Source: Alphaproteobacteria bacterium (GTDB taxonomy: Bacteria > Pseudomonadota > Alphaproteobacteria > RF32 > CAG-239). From it: a DNA stretch of 64,000 bases. The DNA is taken from positions 14,508-78,507 of the forward strand of contig JAFYXH010000007.1 of the NCBI GenBank assembly GCA_017546315.1. The letters are read 5' to 3'. The notes under the pieces were generated by a model, which ran no database searches, had not been told where the DNA came from, and saw nothing but the letters and a program-made list of their open reading frames with translations. The position numbers and the translations under genes are program-made. Positions 20,008 through 30,658 of this stretch are shown in pieces (position 1 is the first letter of the stretch; each line of letters begins with the position of its first letter).

Positions 20008-20850
20008 TTAAAATGCCTTTTTTAGCATGTTTAAATTAAAACGATTGGTGTAGTTAAGGTTTTTAAGTAATTTTTCTGCTTCTTCAAAATGTTGACCAAT
20101 GCTTTCGGGGCGGTGCGCATCGTCGCTTATGAGTATTGGTACCAAGTTTGATTTAGATAGTTCTTCTATTATCCAAGGAGCTGGGTGAGGGCGATTTATT
20201 CTATCATAACCGGAGGTGTTTATTTCGATTGGTGTTTTTGTCTTTTCTAGTATTTCAATTATTTCTTGTTTGTAAACATCATAACGGCTATCGTTTCCTA
20301 GATTAAATATTGTGCAATAGTCTAGGTGAGCGATAAATGTAAAGTAGCCACTTTTGATACATTCTATGATGTTTTTGAAATGGTTGATAGTATAGAGATG
20401 TATATCTTCATCATTGGGACGATTGGGAATCTTTTTTAGGTGGTAGATGTTGCATAGAAAACTTTCATCTTGGCTTTTTAAGAAATGGTTTGAGCCGATA
20501 AGATAATCTACGGGTAATTGTTGTATCATTTTTTCAAACGAATTTCGCCAATCTTTGGAGGTGAAAAAGTCGCATTCGAAACCTATTTTTATATCGATTT
20601 TAAATTCTTGTTTTAGGTTTTCTAGGATTTCTATGTGCTTTAAGTAAGCTGAAGTTGCTTTGTTGAAATCATTAAAATACATTGGCTCATCAACAGGTGA
20701 AAAGTTGAAAGACTGATTAACAAGCACGTGGTTTGATACACCAATTGTTTGAAAGTTTAAGTCTTGAGCTTTTTGTATCATAGTTTTGGCGTCTGCATAG
20801 CCATCAAATCTTAGTTCATTATTATGTGTGTGTAGTGTGAAATTTTGCAT
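20008..20850 (-). CDS. PHP-domain phosphoesterase (histidinol-phosphatase HisK-like family)
   Basis: N-terminal HTHxxxxxDG motif (LHTHNNELRFDGY) and further His/Asp-containing blocks typical of the PHP domain. Confidence 0.65.
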   Translation of the reverse strand: MQNFTLHTHNNELRFDGYADAKTMIQKAQDLNFQTIGVSNHVLVNQSFNFSPVDEPMYFNDFNKATSAYLKHIEILENLKQEFKIDIKIGFECDFFTSKDWRNSFEKMIQQLPVDYLIGSNHFLKSQDESFLCNIYHLKKIPNRPNDEDIHLYTINHFKNIIECIKSGYFTFIAHLDYCTIFNLGNDSRYDVYKQEIIEILEKTKTPIEINTSGYDRINRPHPAPWIIEELSKSNLVPILISDDAHRPESIGQHFEEAEKLLKNLNYTNRFNLNMLKKAF

Positions 20851-21125
20851 TTTAGAAATCCTTAATTGTTTTCTTATCTTATGAAGAAAATGTTAATAAA
20901 ACGTTTATAAGGTTGTGTGATGTTTAAGGGTAGCTAATGATGTGTTAAAAAATGTAAGAGAAAGTTTTTATTTTTTATAGTACTAAAATTTAGATGAAGT
21001 ATCCAAAAAAATGATTAAATTTAAAGACATAGAAGATGTGATAATTTCTTATTCACAAGCTTTTAAATAGCTTTGACAAAGTTATTTTAGCTTTTTATAG
21101 TTGGGGCATAAATTAGTTAACTTTT

Positions 21126-23750
21126 ATGTATAGGGAATATTTTAATATGGATAGAACCGAGATTGAAGATTTCGATGCTAACCTTGGTCTATTGGCTGAT
21201 TTGTATGGAATTGAATTTCAGTCAACGCCGGATATGAAAGTCGGAATGCTTAAAGCTATGGGGGTTTTAGATGAAAGCTTTAAGTATGATACAACGAATG
21301 ATCAACTTTTTATGGAAAATTATTTAACAGTTAAAGAGTTGGTTAAAAGTAAAAAAGATGCAAATTTTAGTCAAATAGTGCATCACATTCCTGTCTTGAG
21401 AGAAAATAGAGAATTAACAATTGAAGTTTCTCTTCCGGATGGTGTTAGCGAATTGAAATGGAGCTTTTGGGAAGATGAGAATCCTCGAAAGCATTATAAA
21501 GGTGGTGTTAGCTTTGATGATAGCGAAAAGCTTTATAGTGGTGAAATCGCTGTTAAAGATTTAGAGCCTGGCACTAAGGAATATGATAAGCCATCTGTTC
21601 ATCAAATTGGTGATACAGTATATAGAAAATATCAATTTAAGTTTCCATTTGAAGTTAAGCATGGTTATCATGATGTTGAGTTTTCATATATTGATAAAAA
21701 CGGGGTTGAAGTTGCATGTCGCTCTCATTTGATTTCTGCGCCTGAGAAATGTTATGATGGCTTAGGAATTCGTGAAGGAAAGAAAACTTGGGGTGTTCCT
21801 GTTCAGTTGTATGAACAAGTTAGTGCTAACAATATTGGTATTGGTAATTATAGCGATTTGGCTCATATTGGTCATATAATTGGTAAAAATGGAGCAGGGT
21901 TGTTAGGTGTTAATCCTTTGCATGCTAATAGATGTGATCAACCAGAAAATGCTTCTCCTTACTCTCCTGATAGCAGAATGTTTTTCAACTATGTTTATTT
22001 GGATGTGACTGCTATCGATGAATTTAAGAGGAGCCCGAGTATTCAGGCATATTATAACAGCCCAGAATTTCAACAAAAAATGAAGAGGAATCGTCGCAGA
22101 ACAAGTGTTGATTATACGGTAACTCAGGAATTAGTTGATGATATTTTGAAACGTTGTTATAAAGAATTCAAAGAAAATAGATATTCTAATAGAGAAGAAT
22201 ATAATAAATATTTGGTTTATTGTGATGAGCAAGATGGTATTTTAGATAAATATGCAACATTTAGAGTTTTGAATGAGCATTTTTCTAGAAAGAATATGGC
22301 TCCACATGGTTGGACTGATTGGCCAAAAGAATATAAGGATCCAAACTCGGAGACTGTGTTGAAATTTATGCAAGAGCATAAAGATGAGATTGAGTTTTAT
22401 AAGTATGCTCAATGGCAATGCACAAAACAGTTGGAAGAAGTTAAAGAAACTTGCTTGAATTCTGGTATGAAGATTGGTCTTTATATGGATATGGCGGTTG
22501 GAGCTTCTCCTAAAGGGTTTGAAGCGTGGTTTTATAAGGATTTGTTTATCAAAGGTTCTGCTGGAGCTACACCTGATGAGCTTTCTCCGACAGGTCAGGT
22601 TTGGAATGTGTTAGGTTTTAATCCTTCAAAATTACAAGAAGATGGTTATGAGCCTTATAGACGAATCTTAGAGTCTAATATGAAATATGCAGGTTGTATG
22701 CGTATTGACCATGTGTTGCAATTGAATAGACTTTATTTCCACCTTGATGGAGAGCACAGGGGGACTTATGTTTATTACAATTCAAAAGAATTGATGGCAT
22801 TGATTGCTCTTGAAAGTCATAGACATAAAACAATGATTATTGGTGAAGACTTAGGTGCTACATCTAAGGAATTTCGTCAACAGATGGAGGATTGTGGTAT
22901 CTTGTCTTATAAGGTTTTGCCTTTTGAGAGAGATTGTGGTGAAATGATTAGACCTGAAAATTATCAGCAATTATCTGTTTGCGCTACGTCTACACATGAT
23001 ACTCCAACACTTCTTAATCAATGGAACGTGCAAGATATTTGGCAGAAAAAGAACTTAGGTTTTTATAATGATGATATTATAAATCGCATGTTTGAGCAAT
23101 ATGCGACTCAACGAATTTCGATGAATCAGAGATTATCTGAGTATGGTTGTTGGGACAAGGTTGGTGGAAGTGCTTCTTGGAATCCTAGAAGTGATGCTAA
23201 CTTGGTGCCTGAGGGATATTTACCTGCAGCTATTGACTATTTGGCTCGTTCTCGCTCTGCTTTGATGATGGTTCCTTTGGGAGATATTTTTGGTGTGAGT
23301 GAAATGGGTAATATTCCAGGAACTTTGGATGTTGATATGACTTTATCTGAAAATAAATCCTTGATGGAAATTGCAGGTAATGATAATAGATTTTATCCTA
23401 ACTGGCGTAAAAAATTACATATTCCTATTGAACACTTTGAAGATACAGATGAGTTCAATAAAGCTGTTGAAATACTTAATGAATATCGTTCTGATGGTAA
23501 TGATGGCCGTGGTAAGTATTATCAATTCCAACGTTTAGGTAATAATGATCCGTCTTTAGTTGATTTTGAAAAAGCTAAAGTTATTCATAAGATATTACGC
23601 AATAAACAAGAGTATCAACGTGAAGCTATTATTCGTAATCGCTATAAAGAGGCTGCTCTTGCTCGTAATAATATGAGAATAGACGAGGTTAAGAAGCATA
23701 TGAATGAATCACTTAAAGATTGGGTTAAACGTAATAATCATTTAAGATGA
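21126..23750 (+). CDS. malQ: 4-alpha-glucanotransferase (amylomaltase, GH77) with a long N-terminal extension
   Basis: GH77 blocks GIGNYSDL, LLGVNPLHA, RIDHVLQL, IGEDLG; 874 aa; start could be the ATG at 21147. Confidence 0.75.
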   Translation: MYREYFNMDRTEIEDFDANLGLLADLYGIEFQSTPDMKVGMLKAMGVLDESFKYDTTNDQLFMENYLTVKELVKSKKDANFSQIVHHIPVLRENRELTIEVSLPDGVSELKWSFWEDENPRKHYKGGVSFDDSEKLYSGEIAVKDLEPGTKEYDKPSVHQIGDTVYRKYQFKFPFEVKHGYHDVEFSYIDKNGVEVACRSHLISAPEKCYDGLGIREGKKTWGVPVQLYEQVSANNIGIGNYSDLAHIGHIIGKNGAGLLGVNPLHANRCDQPENASPYSPDSRMFFNYVYLDVTAIDEFKRSPSIQAYYNSPEFQQKMKRNRRRTSVDYTVTQELVDDILKRCYKEFKENRYSNREEYNKYLVYCDEQDGILDKYATFRVLNEHFSRKNMAPHGWTDWPKEYKDPNSETVLKFMQEHKDEIEFYKYAQWQCTKQLEEVKETCLNSGMKIGLYMDMAVGASPKGFEAWFYKDLFIKGSAGATPDELSPTGQVWNVLGFNPSKLQEDGYEPYRRILESNMKYAGCMRIDHVLQLNRLYFHLDGEHRGTYVYYNSKELMALIALESHRHKTMIIGEDLGATSKEFRQQMEDCGILSYKVLPFERDCGEMIRPENYQQLSVCATSTHDTPTLLNQWNVQDIWQKKNLGFYNDDIINRMFEQYATQRISMNQRLSEYGCWDKVGGSASWNPRSDANLVPEGYLPAAIDYLARSRSALMMVPLGDIFGVSEMGNIPGTLDVDMTLSENKSLMEIAGNDNRFYPNWRKKLHIPIEHFEDTDEFNKAVEILNEYRSDGNDGRGKYYQFQRLGNNDPSLVDFEKAKVIHKILRNKQEYQREAIIRNRYKEAALARNNMRIDEVKKHMNESLKDWVKRNNHLR

Positions 23751-23897
23751 TTGTAAAATAAAAGAAGAGGGGAGAGTTTTTTTTTATTTCCCCTCTTTTT
23801 TTTGGTTGATAATTGTGATATATGACTTGAATATCTGGGTTATTTTTGATATGATAGCTTATATTGAAGTTATTATTTTTTTATTTGAGGTTGTAGA

Positions 23898-24515
23898 ATG
23901 TCTGAAAGCAAGCAGAAACAAGATGTGAGAATGATCTTTAAAATAGGTGCTTTTTTGGCGTTTATTATGCTTAGTTATTTAGGTATTCGTTCTTATAAAA
24001 AATCAGTTGAACAATTAAAAATCAATCAATGTAATGAACAGCTGATAGAATTTGTGCAAAATATTCAAGAAACTTTTAGATCTCAGAGAGATTATGGTGA
24101 ATTCGACTATAAAGTTGCAGATAGGTTAAAGCTTTTTCCTAAAAGCATGGTAAAGGAAGGATTTAAAGAGAAGGTGAATGCTTATATGGGTGGGGTTGAT
24201 GTGTATTATTCCTCTTCTGCGCCTGATAGTAATAAATCTGCGTTTGAGGTTTCCTTTCAGGGCTTAAGTCAGATGGGGTGTATGGGATTGATGAGGCTTA
24301 ATCTATCTGATTTGAATGTTATTGCAGTTGGGGCTTATCCTTCTCCTACTCCAAGTGGTGTTTTAGATGAGATATATTTGGATACTAAACAAACAGATAT
24401 AAAAGGTAAAAATAAGTTTATTGGTAAAGGTATTCAATATCTTGCTGATGATAAAGCAAAAGCTGCTTGTGACTGCAGTGATAATGTTTGTTCGGTTATT
24501 TGGAAGTTTAAGTAG
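23898..24515 (+). CDS. membrane-anchored hypothetical protein
   Basis: N-terminal TM segment (IGAFLAFIMLSYLGI), Cys-rich C-terminus (CDCSDNVCS). Confidence 0.45.
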   Translation: MSESKQKQDVRMIFKIGAFLAFIMLSYLGIRSYKKSVEQLKINQCNEQLIEFVQNIQETFRSQRDYGEFDYKVADRLKLFPKSMVKEGFKEKVNAYMGGVDVYYSSSAPDSNKSAFEVSFQGLSQMGCMGLMRLNLSDLNVIAVGAYPSPTPSGVLDEIYLDTKQTDIKGKNKFIGKGIQYLADDKAKAACDCSDNVCSVIWKFK

Positions 24516-24680
24516 TTTTTATTGGTTTATTTAGGCGAAATATAGTTTTAAGCATATATCTTCGAGTATTTGTTTTATTTAATCAAATAGGTTATTGTTT
24601 TTCTTTTTAATTTATTTTTTAAAATAATACTTGCAAAAAGAACAAAAGTAGTATATCTATTTTTGTTGGAGGTATTTGAT

Positions 24681-27500
24681 ATGGCTGAAAGTAAATTTAT
24701 TGAGATAAAAGGTGCTAGAGAGCACAATTTAAAGAATGTAAATATTTCTATTCCCAAAAATAAGTTGACTGTTATTACGGGGTTATCTGGCTCAGGTAAA
24801 TCCTCATTGGCGTTTGATACTATTTATGCAGAAGGGCAAAGAAGATATGTTGAAAGTTTATCTGCGTATGCTAGACAATTTTTGGATTTGATGAAAAAGC
24901 CTGAAGTGGATTCTATTGAAGGGCTTGCGCCAGCTATATCAATTGAGCAAAAAACAACATCTCACAACCCACGTTCTACGGTGGGGACTATAACTGAAAT
25001 TTATGACTACATGAGGCTTTTATGGGCTAGAGCGGGGACGCCATATTCTCCGGCAACAGGGCTTCCTATTGAGGCTCAAACAGTTAGTCAAATTGTAGAT
25101 AAGATTTTAAGTTTGGATGTTGGGACTAAAATTCTATTAGTTGCTCCGATGGTAAGAGGCAGAAAAGGTGAATTTAAGAAAGAACTAGAAGGATTATTGA
25201 AGCAAGGATTTCAGCGAGTAAAGATTGATGGTGAAGTTTATGATCTGGAAGAATTGCCTAGCTTAGAGAAAAATGTTAAGCATGATATTGAGGTGGTTGT
25301 TGATAGACTAATTATCAAAGATGAAGATATGAAGGATAGGCTAGCGCAATCTGTTGAAACAGCGCTTAAGATTAGTGATGGTATTTTATATGTAGATAAT
25401 TTGAGTGATAATAGTCGGTTTACTTGTTCTTCTAAGTATGCGTGTCCGGTTTCTGGGTTTACGATTGAGGAGATTGAGCCTAGATTGTTTTCTTTTAATA
25501 ATCCTCAAGGGGCGTGTCCTCATTGTGATGGAATTGGGGCTAGGCTTTATATGGATGAGAATTTGGTTATTCCAAATGTGTCTAAGAGTATTGCTCAAGG
25601 GGCTATCGCTCCGTGGTATGGATTTAAGTCAGCTTTTTATAAGCAAACATTGATCTCTTTGTGTGATTTTTTAGGGATTTCTCAAGATGTGGCGTGGAAA
25701 GATTTGCCAGAAAAGGCGCGTAAAGTAATTCTATATGGAAGTGGAAATGTTTGTGTGCCGTTATATTATTCTTCTTTTGTTTCTGATAAACCATTTGAAG
25801 GGGTTATTCCTAATATGGAAAGAAGATTTTTGGAGACAGAATCTGCTGCTAGTCGTGAAGAATTATTACATTATCAATCAGCTGCTCCTTGTGGTTTTTG
25901 TAAGGGTAAACGCTTAAAAGATGAAGCACTTGCTGTGAAGGTTTGTGGTAAGGATATTATGGAAGTATCTGATTTATCTATTAAAGAAGCTTTGAAATGG
26001 TTTATGAAAGTAGAAGAGCAGTTAACTCCTCAGAAACAGCAAATTGCACATAAAATATTGAAAGAAATAATTGAGAGGTTGCAGTTTTTGAATAATGTTG
26101 GGTTAGATTATTTGACACTTTCTCGTCAATCAGGTGGATTGTCAGGTGGAGAATCACAACGTATAAGACTAGCTTCGCAGATTGGCTCTGGTTTGACGGG
26201 TGTGTTTTATGTGTTGGATGAACCATCTATTGGGTTACATCAAAGAGATAATGACAGACTGCTTGAGACATTAAATAGGCTTCGAGATATTGGTAATACT
26301 GTGATTGTGGTTGAACATGATGAAGATGCTATCAGAGGAGCGGATTATCTTGTTGATATGGGGCCTGGAGCAGGTGAAAGAGGCGGTTTTGTTGTGGCTG
26401 AAGGAACTGTTGATGAAGTGTTGAAGAACGAAAATTCTTTGACAGCACAATATCTTAATGGTCAAAAAGTAATTGAAGTTCCCTCTAAAAGAAGAAAAGG
26501 AAATGGTAAGTTTTTGGAGTTAAAAGGCGCTAAAACGAATAATCTTAAAGGAGTTGATTTGAAGGTTCCGTTGGGGACATTGACAGTAGTTACTGGTGTT
26601 TCAGGAGGTGGAAAATCTTCTCTTATTTTAGAAACACTTTATAAAGGACTTAACCGAGAGTTAAATAACACTAGAGAGCAAGTTGGTGAATATAAAGAAT
26701 TGCTAGGAGTGGAAAATATTGATAAGGTGATTGATATTGACCAGTCTCCAATTGGAAGGACTCCTAGGTCTAATCCTGCTACTTATACGGGCGTGTTTAC
26801 ATATATTAGAGATTGGTTTGCAGAGCTTCCTTTGGCAAAAGCAAGAGGATATCAAGCGGGTAGATTTTCTTTTAATGTGCAAGGTGGAAGATGTGAAGCT
26901 TGTAAAGGAGATGGAGTTCAAAAAATTGAAATGAACTTTTTGCCTGATGTGTATGTAGAATGTGATGAATGTCATGGCAAAAGGTTTAATCGTGAAACTT
27001 TAGAGGTTGTTTATAAAGGAAAATCGATTGCAGATGTTTTGGATATGACGGTTGATGAAGCAGTTGAATTTTTTGCTAATATTCCAAGTATTAGAACAAG
27101 ATTAGAGTTGTTGCAAAAAGTAGGGCTTGGGTATATTCATTTAGGGCAACCAGCTACAACTTTATCAGGTGGTGAAGCACAGAGAATTAAGCTTTCTAAA
27201 GAATTATCCAAAAGAGCAACAGGAAAGACTGTTTATATTTTGGATGAGCCTACAACGGGACTTCATTTTGAGGATATAAATAAGCTATTGAAAGTTTTAC
27301 AAGCGTTTGTTGATCAGGGAAATACTGTAATTGTGATTGAACATAATTTAGATGTTATAAAAGTTGCTGATCATATTGTTGATATGGGGCCTGAAGGTGG
27401 AGATGGTGGCGGAAAAATTGTGGCGCAAGGCACTCCTGAAGAGATTGTGGCTAAGGCTAAAGGATATACTTATAAATATTTGAAAGATAAGCTTAAGTAA
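24681..27500 (+). CDS. uvrA: excinuclease ABC subunit A
   Basis: Two ABC modules (GLSGSGKSS and GVSGGGKSS Walker A; LSGGESQR and LSGGEAQR signatures), zinc fingers [14 protein letters not shown]; RBS ggagg before the ATG at 24681. Confidence 0.9.
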   Translation: MAESKFIEIKGAREHNLKNVNISIPKNKLTVITGLSGSGKSSLAFDTIYAEGQRRYVESLSAYARQFLDLMKKPEVDSIEGLAPAISIEQKTTSHNPRSTVGTITEIYDYMRLLWARAGTPYSPATGLPIEAQTVSQIVDKILSLDVGTKILLVAPMVRGRKGEFKKELEGLLKQGFQRVKIDGEVYDLEELPSLEKNVKHDIEVVVDRLIIKDEDMKDRLAQSVETALKISDGILYVDNLSDNSRFTCSSKYACPVSGFTIEEIEPRLFSFNNPQGACPHCDGIGARLYMDENLVIPNVSKSIAQGAIAPWYGFKSAFYKQTLISLCDFLGISQDVAWKDLPEKARKVILYGSGNVCVPLYYSSFVSDKPFEGVIPNMERRFLETESAASREELLHYQSAAPCGFCKGKRLKDEALAVKVCGKDIMEVSDLSIKEALKWFMKVEEQLTPQKQQIAHKILKEIIERLQFLNNVGLDYLTLSRQSGGLSGGESQRIRLASQIGSGLTGVFYVLDEPSIGLHQRDNDRLLETLNRLRDIGNTVIVVEHDEDAIRGADYLVDMGPGAGERGGFVVAEGTVDEVLKNENSLTAQYLNGQKVIEVPSKRRKGNGKFLELKGAKTNNLKGVDLKVPLGTLTVVTGVSGGGKSSLILETLYKGLNRELNNTREQVGEYKELLGVENIDKVIDIDQSPIGRTPRSNPATYTGVFTYIRDWFAELPLAKARGYQAGRFSFNVQGGRCEACKGDGVQKIEMNFLPDVYVECDECHGKRFNRETLEVVYKGKSIADVLDMTVDEAVEFFANIPSIRTRLELLQKVGLGYIHLGQPATTLSGGEAQRIKLSKELSKRATGKTVYILDEPTTGLHFEDINKLLKVLQAFVDQGNTVIVIEHNLDVIKVADHIVDMGPEGGDGGGKIVAQGTPEEIVAKAKGYTYKYLKDKLK

Positions 27501-27890
27501 AACATTTAGTGATTTAATGTAATTGGTTTGTGGGGTTAAAAATAAGCCCCTTTACACTAAAAATGCAAAGGGGCGAGATTGGCTTTCTTCTTTGGATGAG
27601 GCTTAAAAGAAACCGGTACTCACGTATGGGTTTCTTAAATAAAATGGCACATTACAAAGAAAAATATAAGCGTCATCTAAATATTAAAGCTAATCTTATA
27701 TGGAATGATTAAAAAGTGTATAAGAATAATTATTTTGTGATTGTAGTATAGAAATAAAAATATTTTTGTCAAGTTTGTTTTCTTTTTTAAGTTTTGAATT
27801 AAAATGATAAAAGAGGTGTTTGATTTTAAATTGTTTTTAACAAATATTTGGTAGTTAAGTTGATAATGATTATTTTTTAGGAGAGCTTAG

Positions 27891-28724
27891 ATGGCTAAGG
27901 AAAATAGAACTAAGAATGAAATTAGCGAAAAGAAAGTTTCTGATTTAAGAAAAGTTAAGGCTTGCAAAAGAGGGGCTTCAAAATCAAATAATAAAATGAA
28001 AAAAGAAGACTGCGTAAAATCGGATGAGAAAGTTTTAGAATGTAGCTTTGCCGAAGGAAAGAAAGTTAGTGAAAGTTTTAGTGCTGATATGTTTTTTAAG
28101 TTTTTCTTTGAGGGGTGGAAAAAGTGTTTTACCTTAAAGGGTAGGGCTTCTAAGATTGAATTATGGTGTTTCTTGTTGGTTAATGGAGTTTTAGCTACTA
28201 TTGTTCAGTTGCATGCAAGCTATTTTTTGTCTTCCAGTTTTTTGCGCAGAGCTAATATGCGTGGAATGGCTTTAGAGCAGATTGATCAATATGTTTCTTG
28301 GGCTGGAATATTGTTTTGGGGAAGTTTGTTGTTGCCAATTTTCCCAATTGTGGCGCTATTAGTTAGGCGTATGCATGATTTGGGTAAGCTTGCTTGGCAT
28401 GGGTATTTAGAGCAGGTGTTTATGGGGGGTGTAGTGTTGAATATGCTTTGGGTTGCGATTGAGGAACTCGATGGGACTAATTTGGAATATACGATATTGG
28501 CAATGGCGGTTTGTTTTGTTACTATTTTTTATTCTGTTCTTTATTATGGAATGAAATTTTTGTTAACTGCATTGTTTAGAGATGGTGATATTTGCGATAA
28601 CGAATATGGCAAAGCAATGTATGTTGGGAAATTTTATGATGAATTATCATTGAAATTTTGTGTATTCCTTTTGTTATTTTTATTTACAGTTGGAATGCTT
28701 TGTTTAGGTAATTGGTATTTTTAA
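27891..28724 (+). CDS. DUF805-family inner-membrane protein
   Basis: Lysine/glutamate-rich N-terminus, then GRASKIELWCFLL and RRMHDLGK motifs characteristic of DUF805 (YhaH-like) and multiple TM helices. Confidence 0.6.
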   Translation: MAKENRTKNEISEKKVSDLRKVKACKRGASKSNNKMKKEDCVKSDEKVLECSFAEGKKVSESFSADMFFKFFFEGWKKCFTLKGRASKIELWCFLLVNGVLATIVQLHASYFLSSSFLRRANMRGMALEQIDQYVSWAGILFWGSLLLPIFPIVALLVRRMHDLGKLAWHGYLEQVFMGGVVLNMLWVAIEELDGTNLEYTILAMAVCFVTIFYSVLYYGMKFLLTALFRDGDICDNEYGKAMYVGKFYDELSLKFCVFLLLFLFTVGMLCLGNWYF

Positions 28725-28748
28725 TTTTATTTTGTAGTTTTTTTTAAG

Positions 28749-28778
28749 AAGCAGGCTTTTAGGCTTGCTTTTTTTTAG
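28749..28778 (+). terminator. intrinsic terminator after the DUF805 gene
   Basis: Hairpin aagcaggc/gcttgctt (one G-U pair) plus T8. Confidence 0.55.
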
Positions 28779-28853
28779 AATGTTGTTTACTTTTGGTAAT
28801 TACTGAGATAAAAATTTGGTAAATATTAAAGTAATTTAAGGAGTGTTTTTAAG

Positions 28854-30275
28854 ATGGTTGCTAGAACTCGTTTTGCACCTAGTCCTACTGGATATATGCA
28901 TATTGGTAATTTGAGAACTGCATTATATGAATATTTGATTGCAAAAGCAAATGGCGGTCAATTTGTTTTGCGTATTGAAGATACCGATCAAAAGCGTTAT
29001 GTTGAGGGGGCAACAGATATTATATATAATACTCTTAAAACAGTTGGTATGAATTGGGATGAGGGGCCAGATATTGGCGGTAATTTTGGACCATACATTC
29101 AATCTGAACGCTTGAAAATTTATCAAGAATATGCTCATAAATTAGTTGAGATTGGTGGTGCACATTATTGTTTTTGCACAAAAGATGAAGCAGATGAGCA
29201 GAAAGATGAAGGTGCAAATATTAAGTTTGTTGATCCTTGTAAGCATATTTCTTTAAGTGAGGCAAAAAAAAGAGTTGCTAATGGTGAGCAATTTGTTATT
29301 CGTCAGACGATTGACAAAAAAGGTAAGGCAATATTTCATGATGTTGTTTATGGTGATATTGAAATTGATTATGATGAATTAGATGAAGGTGTGTTGCTTA
29401 AGAGTGATGGCTTTCCTACTTACAATTTCGCTAATGTTGTGGATGATCATTTGATGGAAATTACTCATGTAGTTAGAGGAAATGAATATATATCATCTAC
29501 ACCTAAATACAATCTTATTTATGAAGCTTTTGGTTGGGAACCACCAATCTATGTGCATGTGGCACAAGTTATGAAAGATGCTCATAATAAACTTTCTAAG
29601 CGAAACGGCGATGCTTCTTTCCAAGATTTGGTTAATAAAGGGTATTTGCCTCAGGCTATTTTGAACTATATTGCTCTTTTGGGTTGGAATCCTGGAAGTG
29701 AGCAAGAAATTTTCTCATTGGAAGAGTTGGAAAAAGTTTTTGATGCGAATCGTTTGAATAAGTCTCCTGCTATTTTTGATATTCAAAAATTAAGATGGAT
29801 GAATGGTTGTTATATAAGAGCTTTGGATGGTGCTGAATTCCATAATTTAGCTGAAGTTCAATATAATAAATTCTTGAAAAGAAATGTTAATAGGGAGGAG
29901 TTATCTAAAGTGCTTCAACCAAGAGTTGAGGTGTTAAATGATATTGTTGATGTTGCTTCTTTTGTTGAAGAATTGCCTCAGTATGAAAAAGAGTTATTCG
30001 TTAATAAGAAGATGAAAACAGATGTTGAAATTGCTAAAAAATCTTTAGAATTGGCTATTCCTTGTTTAGAAAAGTTAGAAAACTGGACTAATGAAGGTAT
30101 CTTTGAATGCTTAAAAGAGATTGCAGTTAGTAATGAGCTTAAAAATGGGCAAGTGTTATATCCGGTTAGAATCGCTTTAACAGGATTAGAGACAACTCCT
30201 GGTGGCGCTTCAGAAATTGCCTCTATTTTGGGTAAAGAAGAAACATTGAGACGTTTAAGATTGGCTTTTGCTTAA
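28854..30275 (+). CDS. gltX: glutamyl-tRNA synthetase
   Basis: HIGH motif (PTGYMHIGNLRTAL) and KMSKS-like KLSKR; 473 aa. Confidence 0.85.
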   Translation: MVARTRFAPSPTGYMHIGNLRTALYEYLIAKANGGQFVLRIEDTDQKRYVEGATDIIYNTLKTVGMNWDEGPDIGGNFGPYIQSERLKIYQEYAHKLVEIGGAHYCFCTKDEADEQKDEGANIKFVDPCKHISLSEAKKRVANGEQFVIRQTIDKKGKAIFHDVVYGDIEIDYDELDEGVLLKSDGFPTYNFANVVDDHLMEITHVVRGNEYISSTPKYNLIYEAFGWEPPIYVHVAQVMKDAHNKLSKRNGDASFQDLVNKGYLPQAILNYIALLGWNPGSEQEIFSLEELEKVFDANRLNKSPAIFDIQKLRWMNGCYIRALDGAEFHNLAEVQYNKFLKRNVNREELSKVLQPRVEVLNDIVDVASFVEELPQYEKELFVNKKMKTDVEIAKKSLELAIPCLEKLENWTNEGIFECLKEIAVSNELKNGQVLYPVRIALTGLETTPGGASEIASILGKEETLRRLRLAFA

Positions 30276-30297
30276 GAGTTTTATTTTAATTGTCGAG

Positions 30298-30328
30298 CTC
30301 TCCTTTTGAAAAAAAGGAGAGTTTTTTT
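30298..30328 (+). terminator. intrinsic terminator of gltX
   Basis: ctctcctttt/aaaaggagag hairpin plus T7. Confidence 0.7.
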
Positions 30329-30437
30329 ATGGTAATTTAGATTATATTAACTAAATGTGGTTTATACGTTATATGTGCAGGCAAGGAAAGATATCTTATG
30401 CTGGCATAATGTGAAAAATATAATAAGGAAATTAAAC

Positions 30438-30656
30438 ATGACTACAAATGCACAAGTTGATTTTTTAAATGATATAAAAGATAAAAAAATCTCTGTTACA
30501 GTATTTTTGATTAACGGAGTTAAATTACAAGGTGTGATTACTTGGTTTGATGCGACTTCTTTGTTGTTAAGACGTGACGGTCATACTCAACTTGTTTATT
30601 CACACGCAGTTTCGACAATTATGCCGGCAACTCCTATTGATGTTGTTGAAGGTTAA
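30438..30656 (+). CDS. hfq: RNA chaperone Hfq
   Basis: Sm motifs ([19 protein letters not shown]...YSHAVSTI); RBS aagga before the ATG at 30438 (the ORF-track start at 30357 is too early). Confidence 0.85.
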   Translation: MTTNAQVDFLNDIKDKKISVTVFLINGVKLQGVITWFDATSLLLRRDGHTQLVYSHAVSTIMPATPIDVVEG

Positions 30657-30658
30657 CC

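Noticed and set aside
24575-24757. 60-aa minus-strand ORF upstream of uvrA
   Set aside because: It overlaps the uvrA RBS and start region and has a low-complexity composition. Likely spurious.
27530-27712. 60-aa ORF in the uvrA / DUF805 intergenic region
   Set aside because: No RBS and an arginine/lysine-rich composition unlike the neighbouring genes. More likely non-coding; the region does contain the hairpin gcccctt...aaggggc at about 27545-27575.
30380-30437. Possible sigma-54 (-24/-12) promoter TGGCAT...TGAAA upstream of hfq
   Set aside because: Spacing and the -12 GC dinucleotide do not fit the TGGCAC-N5-TTGCW consensus.
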